A DNA stretch of 64,000 nt from Mantamonas sphyraenae STR306 (Eukaryota > Protista > CRuMs), in the NCBI GenBank assembly GCA_026936335.1, contig JAPMXV010000003.1, positions 62,001-126,000 of the forward strand, read 5' to 3'. This document shows, piece after piece, positions 24,524 through 34,900 of the stretch. The notes below the pieces were generated by a model. That model was not told the DNA's origin. It did no database searches and worked only from the letters and a program-made list of their open reading frames with translations. The first letter of the stretch is position 1. Each line of letters opens with the position of its first letter. The position numbers and the translations under genes were made by a program.

Positions 24524-25405
24524 ATGAGCACGAGTGAAGAAGCTGAATTCTACACCTACACCGCTACGAGCATCAAGGGAGAAGAAATCTCCATGTCGGA
24601 CTACAAGGGCAAGGTTGTCCTTGTTTCCAACGTGGCCTCCAACTGAGGGTACGCGGACCACGCGAGAGGGAGCCGGGGAGTTTTCCCAACGCGCCTTTCC
24701 GTCCGGACACGACACTCACCCCTCCGCCTGCACGCCTCCGCACACAGTTTCACCGACTCGAACTACAAGCAAATGCAGGCAATTTACGAGAAGCACCACG
24801 ACAGCGGCTTTGAAATCCTGGCGTTGTACGTTGTGGGTGTGGCTGGGACGGGCGTGCGGCAGAAGAGGGGATTGGGCAGCCGATTTTTGTTCCGTTGTTG
24901 CGATCGTAGAAACAAGAGCACTGACAATATGCACGCATTGCACACGTGTACACGCTTCCGTTTCTCCTCTCCGTCTCCCTCTACCACGCACGACTCACTT
25001 TGCAGTCCGTGCAACCAGTTTGGAAAGCAGGAACCCGGAACGGACGAGGAAATCCTGGAGTTTGCCACCAGCAACTACGGTGTCACCTTCCAGATGTTCT
25101 CCAAGATCAAGGTCAACGGCGACAACGCACACCCGCTGTACAAGTACCTCAAGAGCCAAAAGTCCACTCTGTTTGGAAAGTCGATCAAGTGGAACTTTGT
25201 AAGTGTCGGCGTTCGGGGTGGACCCCTCCCATCGGATAGTACGGTTTCACTGACGCAAGTGGATGCCCTCGCGCACACACCTACACACACACGACACTCC
25301 TTGCAGACGCACTTTCTGGTGAACAAGGAAGGCGAGGTTGTGGACCGCTTTGGCGGCTCGAAGGACCTGTCGCCCATCGACAAGGCCATCGAGGAGCTGC
25401 TGTAA
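24524..25405 (+). CDS. Selenocysteine-containing glutathione peroxidase (monomeric GPx4/PHGPx-like); Sec UGA at 24644-24646; introns 24649-24747, 24826-25005, 25199-25306
   Basis: Spliced product YKGKVVLVSNVASN-U-GFTDSNY...ILAFPCNQFGKQEPG...KIKVNG...IKWNF; the TGA falls exactly at the peroxidatic Cys/Sec position. Confidence 0.93.
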
Positions 25406-26573
25406 GCACACCACGACGCATACAATCCTGTAACGACGCATGAGACGCAGGGGCATATGCACACACACACCCTTTGATCGCAGACGGGGCAACCACAACG
25501 AATGGTCTCACGCAATTGCCACTGTAGAACTCCTGGGCGCCCTCCAGTATCGCCGCACACCCAATCGTCCCCCCATGCGCGAACAGCACACACGCGATCC
25601 ACACACGCCTGTCCCACACTCAATTGCCCACACGCAGGAAGCTGGACAGTGCACCAGTTCCGCAATGACTGCAGCGACAGGTGCGAGAGCCACGGGGCCG
25701 AACCCTTTCGGAAAGGATGAACACGGCACATATGGCATTGGCACGACGCCCGCGCTCGATGCGGTGCTGTGCGCACAGCGCATGCGTCCATGTTTTGCGC
25801 CCTGGCAGCACACGTACAACACACTGCGCTGGTTTCCTTTGTGTCCGTCCCAGATTCAAGCCCGCGCCGTCGTGTCCGGCATGGTGGAAAGTTCGAGTCG
25901 TTCCAAACCACCGGGCATGTGTCGTGTGGTTCTGAATCGGAGGGAGGCAGAGGACGCCCGGCGCACGTGTGGCTGTGCACCGTGTTGCGACAGGAACAGA
26001 CATGGGCGTGCGTGTGTGCGTGTGGCCGTCCAATGCCTCAACTGTGCATCTCCTTGTCCCGTCGGTATCATCTCGCATTTGCTTCCGGGCAGTCGCTGGT
26101 GTGTTGTCCTCTTCCAAATGTTGGCGATTGTGTTGTGGCTTGCTGTATGTATCCGTGGTGTGCGCTCGCGCTGTGGGAGAACACCCGGGTGTGCTGCGTC
26201 TGTTGGCGCTCACAATCTGCATTTGCTTGGGTGGCAGCGTGCATGGCTGCATTCGGTTGCCACGCTTCACGAGCACACGTCCACGCTTTGCCAGCGTGCG
26301 TGCTTGTGATGCACCGTTTCTTGCTGGTTGGGGTCTGTGCAGCCTGGAATGCGTCTCCCTCCCTGCCTGGCGTTGATGGTGGGGCAACAGAAAACGGTGG
26401 AGAGTTTGCGCGATGATGAGGGTTGTTTTGCAGGCGAGAATGACGCCGTGGCCACTTTGCACACCATGACCTGCAAGAGACGCAGGTGCACGCGGGCAGA
26501 GTCGCACAACGCGCCTCTGGCCAGCTGATGGTCCGGGACACGCAACCCTGTTGCGCACGTCACTGGACAAACG

Positions 26574-26620
26574 ATGACGAGGGCCACGGAAACAGGACTT
26601 CCTGCAGTGGCCCTTCTGAC
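26574..26620 (+). promoter_or_regulatory. Type II SECIS element, presumed 3' UTR of the GPx gene
   Basis: ATGAC core; helix II GAGGGCCACGG pairs with CAGTGGCCCTTC (one bulged U, one G.A mismatch); unpaired AAA at 26590-26592; apical mini-stem CAGG/ACTT/CCTG; 3' TGAC completes the GA/AG quartet. Confidence 0.85.
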
Positions 26621-26797
26621 CTATGCCTACCAAGGCTTCACGATGGAACATCAGCCAGTGCTCTGTCTCTCTTGCATCAGCCATGCTTGTGTGCAAACGT
26701 TGCCTCGGTGTGACCCTTTTCGCCACGTCCAATCCAAAACAAACCTCTGCACTCTTCCGCATCATTCCGCCTCGTCTGCTGCCACCCAAACCCACAC

Positions 26798-27493
26798 ATG
26801 ACCGAATTCCGTGTCACTGTGCCCTCTTCAGAGGCGTTGCAGGCTGTCGTTGACAACCTTTTTGAGGTGGATCTGGCCGGGAATTCTCTGCGCTCGGACA
26901 CTTACCTCCTTCTGGGAGACGATACATACGGCCTGAAACTGCGCGGTCGCAACAAAAAGAACAAGGACAAGTGCAAATTGGAGCTGAAGGTGTGCAGCGA
27001 TGTCGAGGGGGGCGTCGAAGCTTGGAGCAAAGTCCTGCAAACAAACGCAAAGGTCCATGTGGACGATGAGCAACGCTCCCTGGACGAGGAGTCTGTTGCA
27101 AAGGTTCTCCACAAGCTGGACAAGGAGATGCGTGCATCAGAGCACAAAAGCACTGTCCTGGAGCTGCTGCAGACCCTTTCCGAGGTCGTCGCTGTGCACG
27201 TGCACAAAACGATCGAGAAGAGGGTTGTGTGCGTGGATGGACGCCACTACGTCACGCGAGACCTTGCCAAAGTCTCCGTGCAATGGGTGGACCCTGAGGG
27301 CCAGACGCAGAGCCGCGAGGTGTGGTCCCTTTGTCTCGAGGGGGTCTCCCCGGGTGTGTTGCAGGATCTGGCGTCGCGCATGGACACTTCCGTGGACGGG
27401 TGTATTGTTGGAGGGTATCCAGAAGTGTTGAGGAGATTGGTGGCCAGCGAGACGACACAGGAGACGTCGTCGTCGTCGTCGTCGTCGCCGTAG
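26798..27493 (+). CDS. Intronless hypothetical protein, probable CYTH/triphosphate tunnel metalloenzyme-like fold
   Basis: N-terminal EFR, RSDTYLLL, GLKLRG, LELK, WSLCLEG and terminal GYP follow the CYTH-like pattern. Confidence 0.55.
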   Translation: MTEFRVTVPSSEALQAVVDNLFEVDLAGNSLRSDTYLLLGDDTYGLKLRGRNKKNKDKCKLELKVCSDVEGGVEAWSKVLQTNAKVHVDDEQRSLDEESVAKVLHKLDKEMRASEHKSTVLELLQTLSEVVAVHVHKTIEKRVVCVDGRHYVTRDLAKVSVQWVDPEGQTQSREVWSLCLEGVSPGVLQDLASRMDTSVDGCIVGGYPEVLRRLVASETTQETSSSSSSSP

Positions 27494-27505
27494 GCAAACA
27501 AACGA

Positions 27506-28463
27506 ATGAGTGGTCTGCGATTGTTTTCATCTGTGACCTCTGGTGTGGTGGGACGTGCAGCAAGTGTGGAGTTGGGCGCATTGGCCACCCAGTTGCAAGG
27601 TAGGCATGGCGACGGTGTCTTGCCTGTGTGGATCGCTCCTCTCTCCCTTTGCGATTCGGCGTGGCACACACACGGCCAGAGTCCTGATGGCCGTGTGTCC
27701 CGTGTGCCACGTGTGCGTTTGCTGTTGTACCCCATCATGAGTTTGGCCCCGCCAGACGACAGCGCACAGCGTGGCCGCTGACGCACCTCGTGCTCTGCTG
27801 CATTTCGATCCGCACCCCTTGCCCAGACGTCCGCTCGTTTCACAGCAGCACCAACAACCAGGAGGCAGAGGCCGCAACGGAAAACAACACAGCCGAGGTC
27901 GACGTGGACACGACGGGTGTGGACACGAGCAGCTCGGGTTCGGCCACAGAGGGCGCAGAGAGGCCCGGCGTCTTTGCAGTCGTCGAGGTTGGCGCCAAGC
28001 AGTTCAAGGTCACCAACGACGACGTCATCATCACAGAAAAGATCCCGGGTCAAATGTATAGTGAGGTAGAGCTGGCGCCTGTGCTGCTGCTCGGCTCAGC
28101 AGAGTGGACCCTGATTGGCCAGCCTGTGGTCCCTGTACGTTGTCCGCCCCACCAGTTGCCCCGTTTGCACCCCGAGTCCGTTTCCGCACACAGCGCTTGA
28201 CACACCGATTGCACCAGTGCCCCCCCCTCACTCACTCACTCCGTCCTGTTCTTCCCTCTCTCTCTGATCTTCCCCGGTCTCGTCTGGTGTTCCACTTGCA
28301 GAATGCCGTGGTCAAGGCAAGCATTGAGGAGCAGATCAAGACCAAGAAAATCACTGTGTTCAAGAAGAAGCGTCGCCAAGGGTACCGCAGGACACGTGGC
28401 CATCGACAGGAGCAGACTGTGCTGCGCATCACAGACATCGAGGTGCCCCAGGAAATCCTCTAA
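27506..28463 (+). CDS. MRPL21: Mitochondrial ribosomal protein bL21m; introns 27600-27826, 28135-28301
   Basis: Presequence-like start, FAVVEVGAKQFKVT, IGQP and VFKKKRRQGYRRTRGHRQ..TVLRI. Confidence 0.92.
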
Positions 28464-28529
28464 TGTTATGCAAATGAACAAGGTGTTTCGCGCACGCCCC
28501 AAACCAACCCTTCCTCGAACCCCCGCTGC

Positions 28530-29399
28530 ATGAGCCGCTCCTCCAGCAAGTCGTCTTCCAATCAACAGATCTTGTACGAGTGTTCGCTGGTCGGGGGTGT
28601 CGATCAGAGCCAGGTGCGAGAGGCCATGACCCGCCTGGGTGCACTGCTCAAGTACGACACCGAGTTTGAACATTGGGAGCGCGTCTACTCCCCACCGGAC
28701 AGCCAGGGTTTGTTGAATGCCTGTCCTTCCCTTTCCTCTCACCCTCTCCCATTGTCTCGTGCTCATATCGTCCATGTCCCTCTGCAGGAGAGCGCCTGGT
28801 TGTGCGAAACGATGTGCAAGCCGACACGACGTGAGTGTTTCCCCAACCCTCTCCTCTGTGTTGCATGCATTCCAGGGTCTGTGTTACCTCTTGCTTACCC
28901 CCACGAGCGCCACGTGTTCCTCACACCAATCGACTCCAGTGTCATGCGTCACGTGGGAAAGCCCCAACCAAACTCCCCGTACGCTTGCGCCGTGCAGGCT
29001 GTCACAGAGGTGGCCGTCAGCGACAACGTGGAGGACTTTTTATTGACTATTGGCTATGCGCTGGAGTATGAGTATGTGAAGCGCGGATACATCTTCCTCT
29101 CAGACGACACAGACGTGTTTGCTCGCATGTACACCCTGGGCAAGCTCGACGAACTCCACGACCTTTCCTCCTTCAACGACCTCAATGTACAGATGAACCA
29201 CGAATCCAACAAGCAGGCCCAATCTCAGGGCCAGTCACAGACACAGGGCAACACAACCTCAACGGGCTCCGTCTGGCTCCTTGAGCTCGTCTGCCAGGGT
29301 GCCAACGATCGCCTCGAGGCCATCAATGCCGCCATGGTCACCCTTGCCGAGAACATGGTGCCCATGGTGAAGCTCAGTGCCACCCATGCCGTTCAATGA
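28530..29399 (+). CDS. MED18: Mediator subunit MED18 (Srb5); introns 28708-28787, 28831-28939
   Basis: YECSLVG, SDNVEDFLLTIGYALEYEYVKRGYIF, WLLEL and LAENMVPMVKL match MED18. Confidence 0.8.
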   Translation: MSRSSSKSSSNQQILYECSLVGGVDQSQVREAMTRLGALLKYDTEFEHWERVYSPPDSQGLLNACPSLSSHPLPLSRAHIVHVPLQESAWLCETMCKPTRRECFPNPLLCVACIPGSVLPLAYPHERHVFLTPIDSSVMRHVGKPQPNSPYACAVQAVTEVAVSDNVEDFLLTIGYALEYEYVKRGYIFLSDDTDVFARMYTLGKLDELHDLSSFNDLNVQMNHESNKQAQSQGQSQTQGNTTSTGSVWLLELVCQGANDRLEAINAAMVTLAENMVPMVKLSATHAVQ

Positions 29400-29455
29400 C
29401 AAGGATCACTCTCCTCTCCCCACGCCACCGCTTCCAAAACAAAAATCCTACTCCC

Positions 29456-29816
29456 ATGTCCATGTATCCAACCCTCAGTGAGGAAAACTCGATGGATTCC
29501 ACTGCAGGCGACAACAGCGCCGGTGGTGGTAGGCTGTACATCGACCAGCGTACAGAGAACAACCAGGACATGGACGTCATCAACGATTCGGCCTTTGCCG
29601 ATTTTTACGCCTCCAGCTTTGACTCGCTCTATCTGGTCGACCCCATCGACGCAACCTCCCTCGAAGACTCCCTTGGCACCTTTGGCGACTACAAAGTCAA
29701 CCAGGACGACACCCCTCTCTCACGCAAGCGACGCCGTGTGGAGGAGTACACGCTGCAGGACACTCTCGCCGACGTCAAGCCCTTCATGGGCATCAACGAC
29801 TACTCCCCGTTCGACA

Positions 29817-29847
<31 letters not shown>

Positions 29848-31847
29848 CAACAACGTCAACACTGCTTCCTCCTCGGCAAGCACAACCACAAGCTCCTCGC
29901 TGTCTTCCAACAGACACCACCGAACTGGCTCCAACAACAGCGTTGCTTCCGGGCGAACCCAGTCCAACACCTCCGTCACCGCCGTCTCGGGCATGAACGA
30001 CCCTCTCGACCTCGACGACAGGTATGTCCACGCATCTCCCTCCCGTCTTTGCCCCGATTCCACGTCCCAGTCTCCCTCTACCTGCTTGTGTCTCCGCCTT
30101 TTCCCACCGCACCTCGCCGCTCCTTTCCCACCGCCTGCCCCCCCGCCGAAACGCTTGTCCCCTCTGCCCTTCACGATCCATTCTCGCGTGCCACACACAC
30201 TCCTTCCCCGTCTCCAGCCCAGTTGCATCCACACCATGCCCCGTTGCTCACCCCACCCCCCCACCCCCTCCTCCGTCGCCACACAGCCCTGCAAACGGAC
30301 CGCGCTACCCTCTTCTGGGCAAGGGGGACCTCCAGGACACACCGGGCTCCCCTTACTCCACAAAAACCACCTCGTCACACACCACCACATACACAAACTT
30401 TGTGTCCCAGCCAGAGGAGGACACCAGCAGCAGCAGCAGCAGCGGCAACGCTGGCGGACGAAAGGGCTCCGTGCGTGGCTTCTCCTCCTTTGAGGCATAC
30501 GATGACACACGAGCCAAGGTACAGCAGTTCCTGGAAGAGCCCAACCTCGTGTCCACCGTCACCGTCTACACAGCCAAGGTGTGCCAGAAGAGCTACCGCG
30601 GCGAGAAGCGATGGATGACTCCCCCACCCCAGGTTGTCATGAAGGGCTACCTCTGGCCCACGGGCTCCCTCACAGAAATGCGTGTCAACGCCGACTTTCT
30701 CTCCGTCGATGCCGATGGCCTCCGCTCCTACCTCAGCGGCTCCTCCGTCAGCTCCGACAGCGGGAGCAGCGGAAGCGGCGCGCGCTCCTCCAAGGTCCAG
30801 CGCACCGTCGAGTACATGGGCGCCAACAACGTGGCCTGCTTCAAGCAGCTCTACGTCGGCGAGAGCAAGGGCAAGGTCAATCAGGTCGCCATGGACTTTA
30901 GCTTGTACAACGAACGCACGGGCGTCGACGTCGGCTCCTTTGCCTCCCCCTCCGTACGCGTCATCCCCAAACCCACCAAAACCTCCAAGAACATGGACTT
31001 GTACATCACCTCGGGCTCCAAGGTCGCCCTCTTTATCCGCCTGCGCTCCCAGAGCGTGGACAACCGCTACCTCAAGATGAACGACAACGGCCACCTCTCA
31101 CTCGAGACGGACTCCTGGTCCCAGTTTACCATTTTGGGCGTCGACGGTGCCCTTGAAGGTTCCTCGCTCAACTATGGCGACGAAATCGTCCTGCAGGCCG
31201 AGAACGGAGCCACCACCAACAACATGATCATCCTCCGCACAGACAAGAACAGGATCGACTTTGACAGCACGGACCCCATGTGCCATTTGCACCACGTCGC
31301 TCTCAAACTCACCACAAACGACTCCTTCCTTGCCACGAAGGAGCACCGCCACCTGGCCATGTTCAACCTCGACGAGTCCGACGTCTCGGGCGTCGAACAC
31401 AACTTTGAGTGGACCATGGTGGGCACGGAGGAGCATTCGTTCAAGTTTTACGAGGGCAGCGTCCAGAGTGCCCTCACATACCCTGTCTCTCCCGTCCCGC
31501 GTGTCGAGCGCCTCCAGCCACACGGCGACAAAAAGACCCTCTCCCTGCACGGCTCCGCCTTCTCCGACTCCCTCACCCTGTGGTTCGGCGACACACATGT
31601 GGTCACTACCTTCCGCTGCGAGGAACTCCTTGTCTGCCAAATCCCCACCATGGCCCAGCTCGTCGGCGACTGCGAGATTGCACACGTTCCAGCCTACTGC
31701 ACCGTCCGCATCGAGGTGCCCCTCACCCTTGTCCGTGCCGACGGCCTTTTGTTCCCGCAGGAGCAGGTCTACGTTTACGAGGCCATGCCGCTCGCTGTCT
31801 ACGAGAAACTGCGTGAAAAAGGCTTTGCACGACCTGCCCGCAACTGA
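29456..31847 (+). CDS. CSL (CBF1/RBPJ, Su(H), LAG-1) family transcription factor; intron 30022-30286
   Basis: RHR-N AKVCQKSYRGEKRWMTPPP; beta-trefoil ITSGSKVALFIRLRSQS, YGDEIVL, DPMCHLH and WTMVGTE; IPT/RHR-C PVSPVP, LWFGD, FRCEE and VPLTLVRADG; long Ser/Asn-rich N-terminus. Confidence 0.93.
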
Positions 31848-31922
31848 GTGAGTTTTCTGACCGCTGCTGCCCAAACAAACTGCTCCATTTCGCATCCACC
31901 CATCCACCCTGCTGTCTCCCCA

Positions 31923-34900
31923 TCACAAGGCTCCTGCACCGCGCAGCAACGACATCATGTCCACGTCTTCAGTCATTTCCGCCAGATCCAGAACCGTTTG
32001 CCCATCGTTTGTCTCTGCCGTCACATCCACTCGCTCTTCAATCAGCAACTCCACAATCTGCGAGTTGCCAGGGTACTGTACGGCATAGTGAAGCGGCGTC
32101 ATGCCGTTGTTGTCCGGCAGATCCGTGTTGGCTCCCTGCGCAATCAAGTACCGAGTCATGTCCACGTTGCGCGGCAGGGACGCCGCAAGATGGATGGGCA
32201 GCAGGCCACCAGAGCTGCGCATGTTCACGTCCACACCCATCCCTATCAGCTCGTCCGCACACGCTACACTGTTGCACACAGCTGCCAGATGCAGCGGCGA
32301 TGCCCCTTCGAACGAACCGCCGTACGCCTCGTCCGTGTACGTCGTCATCACCTGGTACTGTGCACGCTTGCCCAGCAGGTAGCGCAAATGCCCGACTGCG
32401 TTTCTGCGGATGCACAAGTCCAGCGCACGATCTCCCGTGCGTGTGCGCTGGTTCAGATCCACATGTCCCTTGTTGATCAGCACTTCTTGGATCCGCCGAG
32501 CTTCCTCGCTGTCGTCCGGCAATTCGCATGCCTCGTGCATAGCGGCCATGCCCATGCTGTTGAACAGCTCCAGTGTCGCGTTGCCAGCCACCAGCACCGC
32601 AACGACGTCGGGCAGCTCCCCTCGCACAGCCAGGTGCAACGCAGTGTCGCCGTGATAGTCCACCACGTCCGGGTTTGCTCCCAGTTTGAGTAGCTTTTTG
32701 GTCATTTCTGTCCTCCCGTACATGGCCGCGACATGCAGAGGCGTGCGCCCGTTCGTGTCGTGCACCTTGAGCAGGCCTCGATACCGCGTCAGCATGCCTG
32801 CGCATTCCGGTGATCCCATCAACGCACAGTGGTGCATGGGCGTCCACTTGTGAGCGTCTGTGGCGTTCAGATCCACCTTGTACTGTGCCAACAAGCGCAC
32901 AAACGCCATCTGGTTGAACCGCGCAGCCAGATGAGCCGGTCTGAAGTTGTCCACGCCCGTGCGGCGCGTCAGCACACTGGCGTCCTTTTCCACCATCATT
33001 TCCTGGGCCATGTCCGTCTGACCCGTCACTGCAGCCACGTGGATGTCCTCCCACAGTTCCGGGTTCCTTTCGATCTCAAAGTCCTGAAACCCTTCGCACA
33101 GAACGTCAAACACCTCGGTCCACCACTCTTCGTCCAGATCGTGCAGACTTGCATACTTGCCCTCTGCTTCCTTGCCCTTGCCCTTGCCCTTTGTATCCAT
33201 GTGTGCCGTGTCCTCCTCGTCCTCGCCTCCGCCCTTGCCACGAAACAGGTTGCCCACACGCTTGCCCGCTCGCGCAAACACGCTCTTCATAGACCCCTTG
33301 CTGGTCTTTTCATCGCCCTCTTCCTCGTTCCCTGCTTCTTCCTCGCCGTTCCCACCTGCTGCCGCCTCCTTGTCGTCATCGCCCACACCCGAGCTTCCGC
33401 CACTGCTGCGCCTGCGCTCCAGCCACGATCCAAGGCCGCCTTGACCACTGCTTCGTCGACCACTGGCCTTCTCCTCTTCCGAGTACGCGTTCTCGTCGAA
33501 TCCGGGCTCCACCAGAGCGGCAATGTGCGGGTCACGTGTCTCGTTCGCCGCCTCCTCCGCGCCATCCTTCTCTGCAATCTCGTACACTGTCACGTGCTCC
33601 AGTCCTCCGGGGCGGTCGGAAAACGACACTCCCTTGGACGAAGGAGGCACCATCCCGCTGGCCACAGCTGCTGCATCAGCCGCGACAGCCGCTGCTTCGG
33701 CCTCAACCTGCGCCACGGACATCTCGCTGCCACCCACGCCGGCGCCAGCCTCTCCTGTGTTCACGTTCACTTCGGCACCCACCACAATCTTGTCCTTGCC
33801 CTTGCCTTCGGCCTCGGCCACGGCCTGTGCCTCCATCTCCGCGGCCGCCGCCTTGGCCTCTTCCTCGGCCTTGAGACGCTCCAATCCCACCATTTTGACA
33901 CTCTCGGGCATTTGCCCACGCAGATGGTCCAGGATGGCTTCGCGTCCCAGCGCAAGCACCACAGGGCTCATGTCCAGACGCGTATTGCCATCCAGGTTCA
34001 GAACCTGCAGCTTGCGCAGAAGGCCCAGCTCACGAGGCAGCTCGCGCAGTTGGTTGTCCTGAAGCAGCAACTCGCGCACCTGGCTGCACTCGCCCACAGT
34101 TGGAGGCAGCCGCACAAGTTCGTTCGTTTGCAGGTGCACAATCTCCAGTTTGCCCAACATCTCCACTCCGTGCGGCACCGTCTGGATGCGATTGTGATCC
34201 AGTTTCAACACGCGCAGCTCCGTCATGGCACACAGCTGCTCGCCGAATTCCGTCACACGGTTGTGGCTCGCCTCCAGGATTTGCAACTTGCTCATCTCCT
34301 CCATCGTCTCGGGCAGTGCCTCCACAAAGTTCTGACTCATGTTGAGCACACGCAGATTGGTCAGCAGTCCAAGGGTCTCGGGCAGCTCACTCACGTGGTT
34401 GTGCTGGAAGCGGAACACGCGAAGCTTTCCCAACCGGTGCAGAGTGTACGGAAGCTCGGTGAGATCGTTGTCTTGCACGTGCAGCACTTCCAGGCTTGTC
34501 ATCAGCGCCAGATCCACAGGCAACTTTGTCAAACGGTTCTCGTGCATGTGGAGTTCCGTCAGTGCCTCCAAATCGCACAGGGCCACCGGAATCTCCTCGA
34601 AGCGGTTGTTGTTCAGCCTCAGCGTGCGCAGCTGTTCCAGCCCTCCCACAGAGTCGGGCAGGTCGCAAAGTTCGTTGTGCGACAGATCCAACTCTGTCAA
34701 GCCCGTCATCGTGTGGAACACAATTTCAGGCACTGCGTCCTTGCCCATGCGGTTGCCTTCCATACGCAGCGTTTCCAGACGTGTGAACTGGCAAAAGTAG
34801 TCTGGCAGCGCGTTGATGCGATTGCGGCTAAGGTCCACAACGCGCAGAGACTTGCGTGCAGGGTGTCTGCCGCGTGGGAACAGAACAATCTGGTTGTCCT

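Noticed and set aside
24644-24646. GPx pseudogene with a premature stop
   Set aside because: The TGA is exactly at the catalytic residue, the rest of the gene is intact and a SECIS is present.
25440-26795. ORFs of 200-390 aa in the gap after GPx
   Set aside because: Cys/Arg/His-rich translations typical of CA/GT-rich non-coding DNA, with no motifs; better explained as 3' UTR. A second small selenoprotein was looked for and not found.
28952-28959. CGTGGGAA CSL site about 500 nt upstream of the CSL ATG (autoregulation)
   Set aside because: It lies in MED18 coding sequence, and the same 8-mer occurs in other CDSs (about 34873 and 56507), consistent with chance.
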